NCBI GenBank assembly: GCA_029260795.1
Contig: JAJDCO010000053.1
Span: 68,414 to 132,413, forward strand
Direction of reading: 5' to 3'
DNA: 64,000 nt
From: Planctomycetota bacterium
GTDB taxonomy: Bacteria > Planctomycetota > OFTM77
How positions within the stretch are numbered: the first letter of the stretch is position 1; every line of letters begins with the position of its first letter. The translations under genes and the position numbers were made by a program. The notes under the pieces are model-generated. The model made no database searches and was not told where the DNA came from. It was given only the letters and a program-made list of their open reading frames with translations. This document shows, in pieces, positions 1-9,979 of the stretch.

Positions 1-52
1 GCTCGATGTCGAGTTTGCGGGAACGGCGGCTCGAGCTTCGGCCCCGGCTTCT

Positions 53-1588
53 TTGGCGGATCTCGAAGAGGTCTACGAGGTCACGCGGCGTCTCAACAGC
101 GAGGACAACCCGAAGCGGTTGATGACCTTCATCCTGGATACGGCTGTCCGGCTGACGCTGGCAGAACGGGGCTTTCTGGTCTTGCGTCGGCGGCGAGGCT
201 TGCGCTTCGTCGTGGCGCGAGACGCTCAGCAGAACGACATCATCACACCCGATCATGAGGTCAGTCACTCGATTCTGGACGACGTGCTCGAGAGCGGTCA
301 ATCGGTCGTGACCACCGACGCTGGAGGCGATGCGCGATTCCAAGCGGCGGCGAGTGTGGAGGCGCTCGACCTGACGTCCGTCGTGTGCGTCCCTTTCCGC
401 GTGGGCGACCAGGTGCTCGGCGCGCTCTACCTCGACAATCCCTATCGAAAGGGGCTGTTCTCGGAGCGCGAGCTGCGCCTGGCCGAAGCGTTCTCCGATC
501 AGTCGGCCATCGCGTATCGCAACTTGCGGGAGCGCAACCGGATCCGCCGCCTCAATCGCGAGCTTCGCGACCGGGTCGTGCAGCAGGACCGTGAGCTGCG
601 CGAAACTCGACGCGAGCTGGCTGATGGACGCGTCGATCGTTTCGGCTCTCTCATCGGGACGAGCGATGCGATGCGCCGAGTGTTCCAGCTCATCGAGCGC
701 TTGTCCCGCACGGATCTCAGCGTGTTGATCGAGGGCGAGAGCGGCACCGGCAAGGAGCTCGTCGCCCAAGAGGTTCACCGTCGAAGCCGCCGCAGCTCGG
801 GACCGTTCTTGTCCGAGAACTGCTCCGCCATTCCCCGTGAGCTGCTCGAGAGCGAGTTCTTCGGACACGTGAAGGGAGCCTTCACGGGCGCGACCGAGAA
901 CCGGGATGGGCTGTTCGTCCTCGCCTCGGGTGGCACCTTGTTCCTCGATGAGATCGGGGACATGGATCTCGAGCTTCAGAAGAAGCTGCTTCGGGTCCTG
1001 CAGGAGGGCGAAGTACGGCCGGTGGGTGGGAAGAAGACGAAGCCCATCGACGTGCGCATTCTGACGGCGACCCATCGCGATCTGCGGGCCATGATCGAGG
1101 CGGGAGAGTTTCGTGAGGACCTCTACTATCGGATCAACGTGGCCTCGATTCGCCTTCCGACCCTCCGGTCTCGCCGCGATGACATCGACCCTCTGATCGA
1201 TCACTTCCTGGCACTCCTCGCCGAGAAAGAGGGCGTCGAGAAGAAGGTGTCGCCCGCGTTGCGCGCTCGACTTCGCCAATCCGATTGGCCCGGAAACGTC
1301 CGGCAGCTGGAAAACGAGGTGGCACGCCTCCACGCCTTGAGCGATGGAGTGATCGACGACCCGTCGCTTCTCAGCGAGTCGATCGGATCGGGAGCATCGC
1401 GTGCAGCTCTCGCCGAGCAATCGGGCGAGCTGCCGTCGTTGGCCGACTTGGAGCGAGCAGCGCTCCAGGAAACGCTCGACGCCACTCGCTGGGACAAGGA
1501 GGAAGCGGCTCGAATCCTCGGTATCTCGCGAACATCGGTTTACGCTAAGATCAAAAAGTACGAATTGAAGCCCGGTTCCGAAGGATAG
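53..1588 (+). CDS. sigma-54-dependent transcriptional activator (GAF sensor, AAA+ domain, Fis-type HTH); the 5' end may lie upstream of the window
   Basis: 511-aa ORF. It has Walker A GESGTGKE, the sigma-54 contact motif GAFTGA and a C-terminal HTH ([19 protein letters not shown]). The N-terminal ~170 aa look GAF-like. The first codon is TTG, and the frame has no stop between positions 2 and 53, so the gene may be 5'-truncated by the window edge. Confidence 0.9.
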   Translation: MADLEEVYEVTRRLNSEDNPKRLMTFILDTAVRLTLAERGFLVLRRRRGLRFVVARDAQQNDIITPDHEVSHSILDDVLESGQSVVTTDAGGDARFQAAASVEALDLTSVVCVPFRVGDQVLGALYLDNPYRKGLFSERELRLAEAFSDQSAIAYRNLRERNRIRRLNRELRDRVVQQDRELRETRRELADGRVDRFGSLIGTSDAMRRVFQLIERLSRTDLSVLIEGESGTGKELVAQEVHRRSRRSSGPFLSENCSAIPRELLESEFFGHVKGAFTGATENRDGLFVLASGGTLFLDEIGDMDLELQKKLLRVLQEGEVRPVGGKKTKPIDVRILTATHRDLRAMIEAGEFREDLYYRINVASIRLPTLRSRRDDIDPLIDHFLALLAEKEGVEKKVSPALRARLRQSDWPGNVRQLENEVARLHALSDGVIDDPSLLSESIGSGASRAALAEQSGELPSLADLERAALQETLDATRWDKEEAARILGISRTSVYAKIKKYELKPGSEG

Positions 1589-1592
1589 ATTC

Positions 1593-3434
1593 ATGAAGCG
1601 CCACGGCCTTGGAGCCGTTCTCGGCTCCCTCCTGGTCGCGTGCGGCCTCTCGCCGCTCGCCGCACAGCCAACACCCGGACCTGCCACCTCGGGCACGTTG
1701 CCGGGCACGTCACCCCGCGGCCTGGACCAGGCCTTGGTCGGCGAGGCCGGGGCCGGAGGAAGCGACCGGCTGGCGTCGTTCGAGCTCCTGCGAGGGCGAG
1801 CGGAGAACGGAGGGCTTGCAGGAGAGGTTCAGCCGCAGCCCTTCGAGCTGTCCTTTGCCTCGGCATGTTGGCCCCTCACCCACGGTCCGCGTCTCGAGGG
1901 CTGGGCCGGAAATGCAGCTCGCCTCCTGATCCCGGGCTTCGGCGCCGTGTACCACGTGCGCCTCTCGACTTCGGGGAACTTTGCATTCTTGCGAGTGGAC
2001 GTCTGGGGCCAAGGAGAAGTCCTGATCGAGCGGCCTGCCGACGAGGGACAGTCGCCGTTCGGCGAGTTCGTGGAAGCCTCGGCACGCGGTTGGGTGGCGC
2101 TGACTTGGGATGATGGCGTTCAAGCCCACGTCTCCGTCTTCGAGCTCTCGCGCCGCGTCGAGAGCACTCAGCACTGGGACAAGACACCGGTCGGACCCTG
2201 GGATGAAGCGTCGGCCGATTCGCTGACCTTTGCCGCCGATCGCTTGTACTTCAGTGACGAGTCGGCGCCCAGGTCAGCGCGTCTCGACGGGAGCTTTCTC
2301 TATGGAGCGCCGGCACTGGGCCCGGCTCCGGCGACGGTGATCCCGCTTCCGCCGACCGCGGGTGTGACGCCGACGATGGTCGGGAGCGGCATTGCCCGAT
2401 CACTCGATGGAACGACGATCGCCTTCCTCGCGAGCAACAGCCAGCTCCGAGAAGACATGTACGCTCTGAACGCGACGACCGGGCAGGCCTACAACGCCAC
2501 GAACAACCAGCAGACCATCGCCTCGATCCTCGACGATCTCGTCCCGGGCGCAGCGCGCTTCGCCGTCTCCTCGGACCGCGTGGCCTATCTCGTCGTCTCG
2601 GACGTCTTACCGGACGAGCTCTTCGTGTCGCAGTTTGGAGGGGCTCCTCCGCCGCCGAAGCACGTCACGAGCTCGACGCAGTTCGTCGATTCGATCGATA
2701 CGCCGATCGGATTGGTGATCGAGAGCGACCGCCTCTGGTTCCATGCCGGTCAGACGCTGACCGAGATGGACGTCTACCGCGCCGATCTCGAGCCGGCCGT
2801 TTTCGTTCGGAATCTCACTCAGACCTCAGGGGACTCGATGGCGCCCTTCGACAAAGGGGCGACGCTTCATTGGCGACGCCTCTGGATCGATGCCGAGGGC
2901 TCTGCGATCGTGCACCACTCTTACGCCCCTGGCGTCGGCGAAGTCTTCACGGAGATCGATCGCGCTACCGGGCAGCTCGCCTCGGCGGCACTGTTCGCCG
3001 AGCTCGGTGAGTTTCGCTTCGTTCCGGGCACGGCATCCTATGCCTTCGTGGGACGCACCGTCGGGGGCTCGGCTCAACAGCTCTTCTATCGCGATACACG
3101 GCACGTGGGCGCACCACTGCCCGTCACCCAACACGCATCGGGCACGAAGATCCGCGGTCTCGTCATCGATCTCGATCGCCGATTCGCTGCCTGGATGGCG
3201 GGCTCCGGCCCCGGCGCCGAGCAGGTCTGTCGGATGGACTTGCCGAGCCTGAGCATCACGCCGTTGGGCACGCCGAGCTGGCTCGGAGACAATCTGGCCG
3301 TCACCGCCGAAGGCACCTTGCTCTTTGCGAAGAGCGCGACGCCGAGTGGACAGGACTTTTACTTTCAGAACGTCCGCGGCGGCGCACCTCGACTCCTGCT
3401 CGCCACACCCGGTTCCCGCATCTGGAACCCGTGA
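1593..3434 (+). CDS. hypothetical lipoprotein (beta-rich, possibly propeller-like)
   Basis: 613-aa ORF starting 5 nt after the activator stop; the ATG is preceded by GAAGGA. The N-terminus MKRHGLGAVLGSLLVAC carries a lipobox (LVAC). No catalytic motif was recognised. Confidence 0.6.
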   Translation: MKRHGLGAVLGSLLVACGLSPLAAQPTPGPATSGTLPGTSPRGLDQALVGEAGAGGSDRLASFELLRGRAENGGLAGEVQPQPFELSFASACWPLTHGPRLEGWAGNAARLLIPGFGAVYHVRLSTSGNFAFLRVDVWGQGEVLIERPADEGQSPFGEFVEASARGWVALTWDDGVQAHVSVFELSRRVESTQHWDKTPVGPWDEASADSLTFAADRLYFSDESAPRSARLDGSFLYGAPALGPAPATVIPLPPTAGVTPTMVGSGIARSLDGTTIAFLASNSQLREDMYALNATTGQAYNATNNQQTIASILDDLVPGAARFAVSSDRVAYLVVSDVLPDELFVSQFGGAPPPPKHVTSSTQFVDSIDTPIGLVIESDRLWFHAGQTLTEMDVYRADLEPAVFVRNLTQTSGDSMAPFDKGATLHWRRLWIDAEGSAIVHHSYAPGVGEVFTEIDRATGQLASAALFAELGEFRFVPGTASYAFVGRTVGGSAQQLFYRDTRHVGAPLPVTQHASGTKIRGLVIDLDRRFAAWMAGSGPGAEQVCRMDLPSLSITPLGTPSWLGDNLAVTAEGTLLFAKSATPSGQDFYFQNVRGGAPRLLLATPGSRIWNP

Positions 3435-3437
3435 GGA

Positions 3438-4991
3438 TCACTCCTCGAGGTAGGCGGCCACCAGTGCCGGGATCGGAGCGCCGGTCGGTCGACCGTGCTG
3501 CCAGTCACTCCCTTCGAGCGCACTGCCACCGATGTCGAGATGCGTGAAGGGCAGCGGCTGATCGCTGTCCCCACCGTGCCGGTCGAGCCCCGATGCCAGG
3601 GCGAGGAATGCAGCGGGGAACTGGTGACCGCGATTAGTCGCGGTCGAGGGAAGATTGTTGCAGCTGAGGACGTCGTCGGCGCGCGAGCGAGGCGCAATGA
3701 ACTGCCAGTCTTCGCGCCGCAGCCGAGAAGGATCGAACGGGTCGCCCCAGGCGTCGCCGACCTCCTCGAGTCGTCGAGCTGTCTGAAGTCCACGCGCGGG
3801 TCCGTTCTCGACGGCGATCGAGTATTGTCCGACCGCGCGCATCGAATGGCCGGTCAACGTCGCGACCGAGAAGAGGGAGGGGCAGTTCGCTTCGATCGCG
3901 GTCTCCCGGAGGTGCGACAGGAGATCGGCCAGCACCAAGCGACCCTCGGCGTCCGTGTTGCCGACGCGCACTCGCTGACCGGCATGCGAAACCAGGATCT
4001 CGTCCGAAACGTACGACTCGGCGCCGATGCTGTTGCGGACCGCCCCGATCTCGGCACAGACGCGGAGCCCCTTTGGCTGGAGAGCCGCCACCGTCTCGAG
4101 GAATCCGACGACTGCAGCGGCACCGCACTTGTCGCGGCTCATCCCGGCCATGTGTCCGCCCGCCTTGATGTCGGCGCCGCCGGTGTCATAGGTCAGTCCC
4201 TTGCCGGCGAAGAGCAGTGTCCGCTCGACCTTTCCCGATGGAGCGTACTCGAGGCGGATCACGCACGGCCGATGCCGCTCGACGGGCAACGACGCTCGAG
4301 CGACCGCGTGCAGCAGCGGGTACTCCTTCATCAGGATGGCAATCTCCGAGACGACCTCGACCGAGACCGGGCTGCCCACGAACAAGGCTCGGCAGGCTTC
4401 TGCGACCCGGGGAGGCGCCATCCGCTCCGGATCGGTGCCTCCGATGTCTCGTGCGACGCGTCGTCCGCGCTCGATCGCGCGGATGCGCGGAAGCCACCGC
4501 TTGGCACCCGGGGCGCTGATGCCGATCACCTCGACCGGCTCGAGCTCGCCCTCGCCCAAGGCCTCCCTTGCCTCGAGTGGCTGCCACAGGCTGCCGAGTG
4601 CTCCGAGCACGGCGACCGGACCGGCCTCACGATGGCGAGGCGCTTCGTCGGTCTCGATCCAGAGAAGCGGTCGACGCGCCCCGGCATCCCGTGCCCTCCG
4701 CATCGCCTGGCCCGCCGCGTCCGCGAAGCGACGGACATCGTCGTGGTCGCGATCGATGCGACCGGTGGGAGCGACGATCAGCCGACCCCCGGCGAGCTCC
4801 GGAGCCGCGAGGAAAGAGACGGACTCGGAGAGGCGGGCGTCGACGGCCGCTCGAGCCTGGAGGTATCGTTGGATGACCGGATGCTCGTGGCGCGAGACGT
4901 CCGACGAGACGATGAGAACGGCATCGAATGACCCGTTCGCCGAAGCCGCCGTCGTCGTGTCGGTGACGATCTCGAGTCGTGGCGTCGCCAT
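3438..4991 (-). CDS. pepA: leucyl aminopeptidase, peptidase family M17
   Basis: Carries the M17 signature NTDAEGRLVLADLL and a conserved C-terminal catalytic domain. The track ORF runs to 5288, but its first 99 aa are Arg/Ala-rich junk. I place the start at the ATG at 4989-4991 (MATPRLEIV), which is preceded by a GGAG-like element. Confidence 0.9.
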   Translation of the reverse strand: MATPRLEIVTDTTTAASANGSFDAVLIVSSDVSRHEHPVIQRYLQARAAVDARLSESVSFLAAPELAGGRLIVAPTGRIDRDHDDVRRFADAAGQAMRRARDAGARRPLLWIETDEAPRHREAGPVAVLGALGSLWQPLEAREALGEGELEPVEVIGISAPGAKRWLPRIRAIERGRRVARDIGGTDPERMAPPRVAEACRALFVGSPVSVEVVSEIAILMKEYPLLHAVARASLPVERHRPCVIRLEYAPSGKVERTLLFAGKGLTYDTGGADIKAGGHMAGMSRDKCGAAAVVGFLETVAALQPKGLRVCAEIGAVRNSIGAESYVSDEILVSHAGQRVRVGNTDAEGRLVLADLLSHLRETAIEANCPSLFSVATLTGHSMRAVGQYSIAVENGPARGLQTARRLEEVGDAWGDPFDPSRLRREDWQFIAPRSRADDVLSCNNLPSTATNRGHQFPAAFLALASGLDRHGGDSDQPLPFTHLDIGGSALEGSDWQHGRPTGAPIPALVAAYLEE

Positions 4992-5220
4992 GGAGGCTCC
5001 TTGTTCTTCGAAGAGGCGTACGATCGCGGACTCGCCTTCCGGTTCGACATCCGAGGCTGCACATCCCCGACATCCTTCCGGACCCGCCCAAGCGAGCCCG
5101 CTCCGCGAGTCGGCAAGTTTCCCCACTGGAGGTTCGAGTCTCAAGTCCGCTCTCAGGTGGAGACGATTGAACCGCCAGGCGAAGTCTCGGCAGAGGGAGC
5201 CGGCCTGAAAGGACGGGGCG

Positions 5221-5718
5221 ATGCAGAGCAAGATACTGGACGCGGCACTCCAGCCACTGCTGGCGATGTGTGCCCGCGCTCTGGACATCAGCGATCAGGC
5301 CTACGACATCCGCCCATCGAGCGGTGGTTGGAAGTCGGGGCGCCAGGTTGTGGTCTCCTTCTCGGGAGACCTGCAGGGCCAGCTCGCCGTGACCTTCTGC
5401 GGATCGGTGGCCGATCAGATCGTGCGCTGGGTGGTTGATGTCGTCGGCGATCCGGAGCTCGCGACCGATCCTGTCTCGAAGAGTGCCTTGCGCCTCAGCG
5501 GGATGGCCGAGTTCACCAATCAGCTCTTCGAGCAAGCGGCTGCACACTTTGCTGACCAAGGCGTGAAGATCAGCGCTCAGCAGCCCGAGGTACATGACGG
5601 CAACGAGTTCCATCCGACGCCGACCAACCTGGTCGCCCGTCGACATCTTCCCGCTGGGGAGGGGGAAGTGATCCTCGAGCTCTCGGCGAATCGCCTCGAC
5701 GACGACGTGCAGCTTTGA
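5221..5718 (+). CDS. CheX/CheC-like chemotaxis phosphatase family protein (tentative)
   Basis: 165-aa ORF; the ATG is preceded by GAAAGGA. The layout resembles CheX: VVSFSGDLQGQLAVTF, then SGMAEFTNQLFEQAA, then ISAQQPEV. The assignment is by motif recollection only. Confidence 0.5.
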   Translation: MQSKILDAALQPLLAMCARALDISDQAYDIRPSSGGWKSGRQVVVSFSGDLQGQLAVTFCGSVADQIVRWVVDVVGDPELATDPVSKSALRLSGMAEFTNQLFEQAAAHFADQGVKISAQQPEVHDGNEFHPTPTNLVARRHLPAGEGEVILELSANRLDDDVQL

Positions 5719-6442
5719 GGGGATCTCGACGATCGCCCGCCAGCTGGAAAGGAACGGCGCAAGGGGTGACGCTCGGGAAAAGGGGAAGAAGGAGAGAGTA
5801 GGTGCGTTTTACGCCCCTGGGGCAGGGACAACCCTTGGCCGTTGGTTCTTGGGACTAGCCCAAGAGCCCCGCAAACCGCGTCGACCTGGCGAATACCGAG
5901 CGGTCTCGAAGCCGCTCCGGGATCGCACGGAGGGCCCGGTTTGTTACTTCGATTCCCGATTAAATCGGGTCCGAAAGTCGGACAGATCGAACGCGCTAAT
6001 GGACCGGTGCTTAGGACGACGTGAACGTCCTTTTGAGATTCTGCCGACGCGCGATCTTTGTCACCCCGACATCCGGAGAGGCGAGGGGCCGCGAGCCCGA
6101 ATCGCCAGCGGCCGCCTGCTCGGGCAGAAAGGCTCGTGGCCTCGAGGGCACGCGAGGCAGGGGCCTGAGTCCGACTTGTCGGCAAGTCGAGCGCAGAAGC
6201 TGGCACCGAAGTCACGGCGTCGTGCGCAGCGTCACGGCGCGTCGTACCTCTCATGGAGAGCGGTCCTCGCGGTGCCCGTTGACTCAGCGCCTGTCGGTGC
6301 GGACGCACCGCGATGGCGCTCGCGTGCACGCATGGCCTGACGTTGAGCTTGCGGTGCTCGACGAGGGGAATGAGGGCGTGACGCCGGTTGGCCTGTCTGG
6401 CCGTGTGTCCGCTCGGCTCGGTGCGGACGCACTCTGTCGTCC

Positions 6443-6700
6443 TCAGACGACGCCGCGACGGATCGTGACGGTCTCGTGATTGCCCGAATCCCCGGCCTCG
6501 ATCAGGATCTTGAGAACCTTACCTTGAGCGCTGGCCGGGATGAACACCGAGCCGCCGCAGGGGCTGGTCTCGCAATCGAAGGAACCGATCTCTTCACCTT
6601 CGACCGTGACCGTGACTGAGACTGGAGGGGTGCCGATTGCCGTGACGTTGAGGTATTCGTCATGTTGTACGGGACTCGGGAGCATCGTCACGACGATCAT
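6443..6700 (-). CDS. small hypothetical protein (85 aa, beta-rich)
   Basis: The ATG at 6700 is preceded by GGAGG 6 nt upstream. It lies 25 nt downstream of the 6726-8579 gene on the same strand. Third-position GC is high. No family was recognised. Confidence 0.55.
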   Translation of the reverse strand: MIVVTMLPSPVQHDEYLNVTAIGTPPVSVTVTVEGEEIGSFDCETSPCGGSVFIPASAQGKVLKILIEAGDSGNHETVTIRRGVV

Positions 6701-6725
6701 GCAGACCTCCGCTCATAGGGCAGCA

Positions 6726-8579
6726 TCAACGCAACTGGTAGTGGTCGATCAACGCCCCAGCAAGCTCTGCAGCACGAGCACCCAGCGGCTCCTGGTCGGC
6801 GATCTCGAACAGACGATCGAGATACGGGGCTGCTGAGAGCAACTCACCCATCTCATCTGGTGTGTCGTCCGATTCGGTCGCAAGACTGAGGTACAACTGC
6901 AAAAGGGATCGTCCCGCCTGCTCGTCGGATTCAAAAAGGCATTGGGCCAGCGCAACTCGGGCGATCTGACGGGCTGATTCGCGGCGGGTGAGGCGCCGGA
7001 GCTGATTGGCGAATTGCACTCGTTCGACGGGCGGAAGAGTCGTCGGGCGGCTTGCTTCCAAGAGATCGAGGCAGAGTGCGTCCGTGGCGCCATCCAAGCG
7101 GACGAGTGCCGTAGCGGCGAGGGCTCGAAAGCCACTCGGACCCGTCGTCGTGAGCGCGATCTCCTCGAGAGCCTGAAGGGCGCGGGAATCACCTTGGCCG
7201 GCGAAGTGACGGGCCGCCGAGAGGCGGCGAGAGATGTCCACGGAGTCCAGATCACGGGCAAAGAGGTCGTCGGCGGAATGATCATTCCACCTGGCAAACA
7301 GTGCCATTGCGATCCCGATCAGCTCGGAGTCCTCGGGGAAGCTCTCGATCGCATGGCGGTAGGTCGGAGCCAAGTCCGGTGAGGTGATCCGGCTCAAGGA
7401 CAGCACGTTGGCCGCTGCCCGACGGACCAGGGGCGGAGCCTCGAGCAGGAGGGGGCGGATGCTCAGTCGAACTCCGTCGACCGCTTCGGCCACGAAGGCC
7501 GCTGCCCAGATTGCCTCGGCGATCGAGCTCTCGTCCTCGCTGGCGAGGTTGGCAGCCAAGAGGGCTTCGGCGTCCGCCGAGGAGAGAATCGGAAAGCGCT
7601 CGGCGAGGTTGGCGATCATGGCGGTGAGCAGCCGCCGCTCAGCCCGGCTCCGCGCCGGCCTCTGAACGGAGGAGGGTGCGTCGTCTGTCAGCCAGCCGAT
7701 CGTGCGGTTCAAGAACCCAGAGGCGCTCGACTCGTCATTGACGCGCCCGAACTGCCGCCGGAGCCAGTCCAAGACCGGGCTCCCGAGCTCCTGGATCTCC
7801 GGAGTCGACTCGACTCGCTCGAAGGCCCTCTCCGCTTCGATCGGCACCGGAGTCTGCTCGGGCGTCTTGGCCGCGGCCAGCGCCAGCAGCTCAACAACCA
7901 TGGGCACGGCGCGGCGGACGTCTTCGGGCACCTCGAGCTCGGCGATCGGGCTCCGGTCGGGCTCGGTCGGAGTGGTGCTGACGAGGCTCTTCACCCACCA
8001 GATCGCGGCGGGAACCGCGAGAGCGATCCCGATACTGAGCAGCAGAAGAAACCGTCGGCCGTTCGAGTGGCGCGAGTGACTGCCCGGAGTGATCCGGTGT
8101 ACCCGCGGCTCGGGCCGACGAGGCAGGCGGGCTCGAATGCGTGCCAGGGCGCGCTTGCGCTCCGCGGGCGTGAGAGTCGCCTCGGGAGCGTCGGCGAGCT
8201 CGACTTGGGCCTCCGCCAGCTCGTCGGGCTCGATCGGTCGTTCTCGATAAGTGGTCAGCAGCTGCTGCGCGACGCGTTCGGCCTGGATCTCGCCCTGCAA
8301 TGCCTGGAGTTCTTGCGAGAGCTTCGCCGGTGCGACGACCTGGTCGACGGGCGAATCCGTCCACCGAGACGCGGGCTCGAGGGCGAGCAGTTGAGCCTGG
8401 GGGACTGCCCGGCGCAGAGTCTGTAGATCGTGCAGAGAGGAACCGATACCCAGCACCACCACATCAGCGGTGTGTGACCGGGGATGAGCGATCGCCTTCT
8501 CGACAGTCGAAACGTGATCGATCAAGAACTGTTCATCGGTGCATCGAATCGCGACTCCTACGCTCAGGATTCGCAGCAT
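6726..8579 (-). CDS. single-pass membrane protein with C-terminal HEAT/ARM-like helical repeats
   Basis: The track ORF reaches 8651. The ATG at 8579 (MLRILSVGV) has GAAGGGG upstream and is preferred. One hydrophobic span (FLLLLSIGIALAVPAAIWWV) is followed by ~400 aa of Ala/Leu-rich helical repeats. Confidence 0.6.
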   Translation of the reverse strand: MLRILSVGVAIRCTDEQFLIDHVSTVEKAIAHPRSHTADVVVLGIGSSLHDLQTLRRAVPQAQLLALEPASRWTDSPVDQVVAPAKLSQELQALQGEIQAERVAQQLLTTYRERPIEPDELAEAQVELADAPEATLTPAERKRALARIRARLPRRPEPRVHRITPGSHSRHSNGRRFLLLLSIGIALAVPAAIWWVKSLVSTTPTEPDRSPIAELEVPEDVRRAVPMVVELLALAAAKTPEQTPVPIEAERAFERVESTPEIQELGSPVLDWLRRQFGRVNDESSASGFLNRTIGWLTDDAPSSVQRPARSRAERRLLTAMIANLAERFPILSSADAEALLAANLASEDESSIAEAIWAAAFVAEAVDGVRLSIRPLLLEAPPLVRRAAANVLSLSRITSPDLAPTYRHAIESFPEDSELIGIAMALFARWNDHSADDLFARDLDSVDISRRLSAARHFAGQGDSRALQALEEIALTTTGPSGFRALAATALVRLDGATDALCLDLLEASRPTTLPPVERVQFANQLRRLTRRESARQIARVALAQCLFESDEQAGRSLLQLYLSLATESDDTPDEMGELLSAAPYLDRLFEIADQEPLGARAAELAGALIDHYQLR

Positions 8580-8842
8580 CTTAGACCCCTTCAGCTTGGT
8601 TGGAGTCTCTCTCCTTCGACCCGTGGCCCTCGCATCACGGAGAGATCGCACGGCCCCTTGGTTTTGTTACCAGAAATACTCAGGGAATCTGCAATGGCAG
8701 ACAACGACCGATTCGCAAGCTTCTCGGAGCAGCGTCGGTGCAAATATCCCGGATTTAGTCAAAAATGGTGTAACAGATTCGCTGTTGCGGGCGATCCCAA
8801 CAGGGCACAGGTGGGTTACCCAAACGGAGAGAGGACGACTTC

Positions 8843-9373
8843 ATGCCGAGGTCGGTCCGGGGCATTTCGGACAGAGAGCTCGATCCCGGGCTCGCGCCGA
8901 ACGCCGGTCCGTGGTTGGAGCAATTCCACGAGCGCATCTGTGGGCGGGTCGTCGGAGCTCTCGTCCGACGAGGTTGGTCGAGTGATGCTGCGTGGGATGC
9001 CGTCGGCGACCTGCTGGTCGACATCCTCAGCGGCAAGCTGATCCCACCCGGTGACGGACCTCTTGGTGCCTGGGTCTACGTCATCGTCAAGCGCCGACTC
9101 ATCAGCGCGGCTCGCCGTCGAGTGCCGGTCTCCCTCACGACTCAGGTGTCGGATCCCGAGGAGGAGCCGATCGACGCCCTGCTCCAGCGAGAGCAGGCAG
9201 AGGCGCTTCATGCGGCCATCGAGACGCTGAGCGAGAAGGAGCACGCCGCTCTGATCGGCCGCTTCGTGGATGGGCTCAGCTACGTCGAGCTCGCCAAACG
9301 CCTCTCGGTCTCGGAAGGGGCCGTCCGCAAGCGCATCTATGAGGCGCGTCGCAAGCTCGAGCGCCTTCTCTGA
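8843..9373 (+). CDS. ECF-type RNA polymerase sigma-70 family factor
   Basis: 176 aa; the ATG is preceded by GGAGAGAGG. It has a region-4 HTH (LSYVELAKRLSVSEGAVRKRIYEARRKL) and a region-2-like N-terminal half. Confidence 0.8.
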   Translation: MPRSVRGISDRELDPGLAPNAGPWLEQFHERICGRVVGALVRRGWSSDAAWDAVGDLLVDILSGKLIPPGDGPLGAWVYVIVKRRLISAARRRVPVSLTTQVSDPEEEPIDALLQREQAEALHAAIETLSEKEHAALIGRFVDGLSYVELAKRLSVSEGAVRKRIYEARRKLERLL

Positions 9374-9469
9374 AGCGTCGCTCGCGGGCAGCCAGTTCCG
9401 GCTGTCGAGGATCGCTTGGCTTCGCTATCCTGGTAGCAACCAACCAGAGATTCAGCGGAGGAGGGTCCG

Positions 9470-9937
9470 ATGCCCCGGATAGATGTTTCCCACTTGGCAC
9501 CCGCAGCCCCCGACCGTGTCTTCGAGATCTACTCTGACATCCGTCGAGTCGCCGATCGCGTCGATGCCATCAAGAACATCGAGATGCTGACGCCCGGTCC
9601 CGTCGGCCAGGGCACTCGCTTTCGCGAGACCCGCGTCGTCTTCAAGAAAGAGCACAACGAAGAGCTCGAGTTCGTCGAGTTCGTGCCCGGGAAGAGCTAC
9701 ACGGTCGGTTGTACATCGTGCGGCGCCGAGTATCGGACGCGCTACGACTTTCGCCCCGAAGGCTCCGGAACTCGCGTCGACGTCGTGATGCAGATCACTG
9801 CGATGACGCTCGGTGCCAAGCTCTTCGCTCCCCTCGGCTTCTTGATGTCCAAGTCGATGCGCAAGTGCCTCGAGGCCGACATGGTCGCCCTCGACAAGGT
9901 CTTTGAGAAGACAGCCGAGGCTTCGGCCGGAGCATGA
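9470..9937 (+). CDS. SRPBCC (START/polyketide cyclase-like) family protein
   Basis: 155 aa; the ATG is preceded by GGAGGAGGG. The size and the beta-grip pattern (FEIYSD...GQGTRFRETRVVF...YRTRYDFRPEG) are typical of SRPBCC proteins. Confidence 0.65.
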   Translation: MPRIDVSHLAPAAPDRVFEIYSDIRRVADRVDAIKNIEMLTPGPVGQGTRFRETRVVFKKEHNEELEFVEFVPGKSYTVGCTSCGAEYRTRYDFRPEGSGTRVDVVMQITAMTLGAKLFAPLGFLMSKSMRKCLEADMVALDKVFEKTAEASAGA

Positions 9938-9979
9938 GGGGCAGGGCGGCCGCTCGAAGGCGACCGCCCGTCTTCTGGT

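Noticed and set aside
3495-4931. Long alternate-strand or alternate-frame ORFs opposite well-supported genes. Examples: 3495-4931 (+), 13441-14892 (+), 17711-19531 (+), 18981-20558 (-), 34540-35877 (+), 37213-38292 (+), 40419-41969 (+) and 59915-61372 (+).
   Set aside because: Each lies entirely inside a gene with clear family motifs on the other strand or frame. Their translations are Arg/Ala/Gly/Pro/Asp-rich with no recognisable motifs. They occupy the shadow frame in which their third codon positions coincide with those of the real gene, as expected in a ~67% GC genome.
5719-6442. tmRNA, RNase P RNA, SRP RNA or a tRNA in the large gene-free gap; there is a TTCGATTCC T-loop-like string at ~5948.
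   Set aside because: The flanking bases do not form a T-arm or an acceptor stem. There is no GGAAAGUCCGG (RNase P P4) motif, no tag-peptide reading frame with a 3' tRNA-like CCA end (tmRNA), and no GGUCCGGAAGGAAGCAGC (SRP) motif on either strand.
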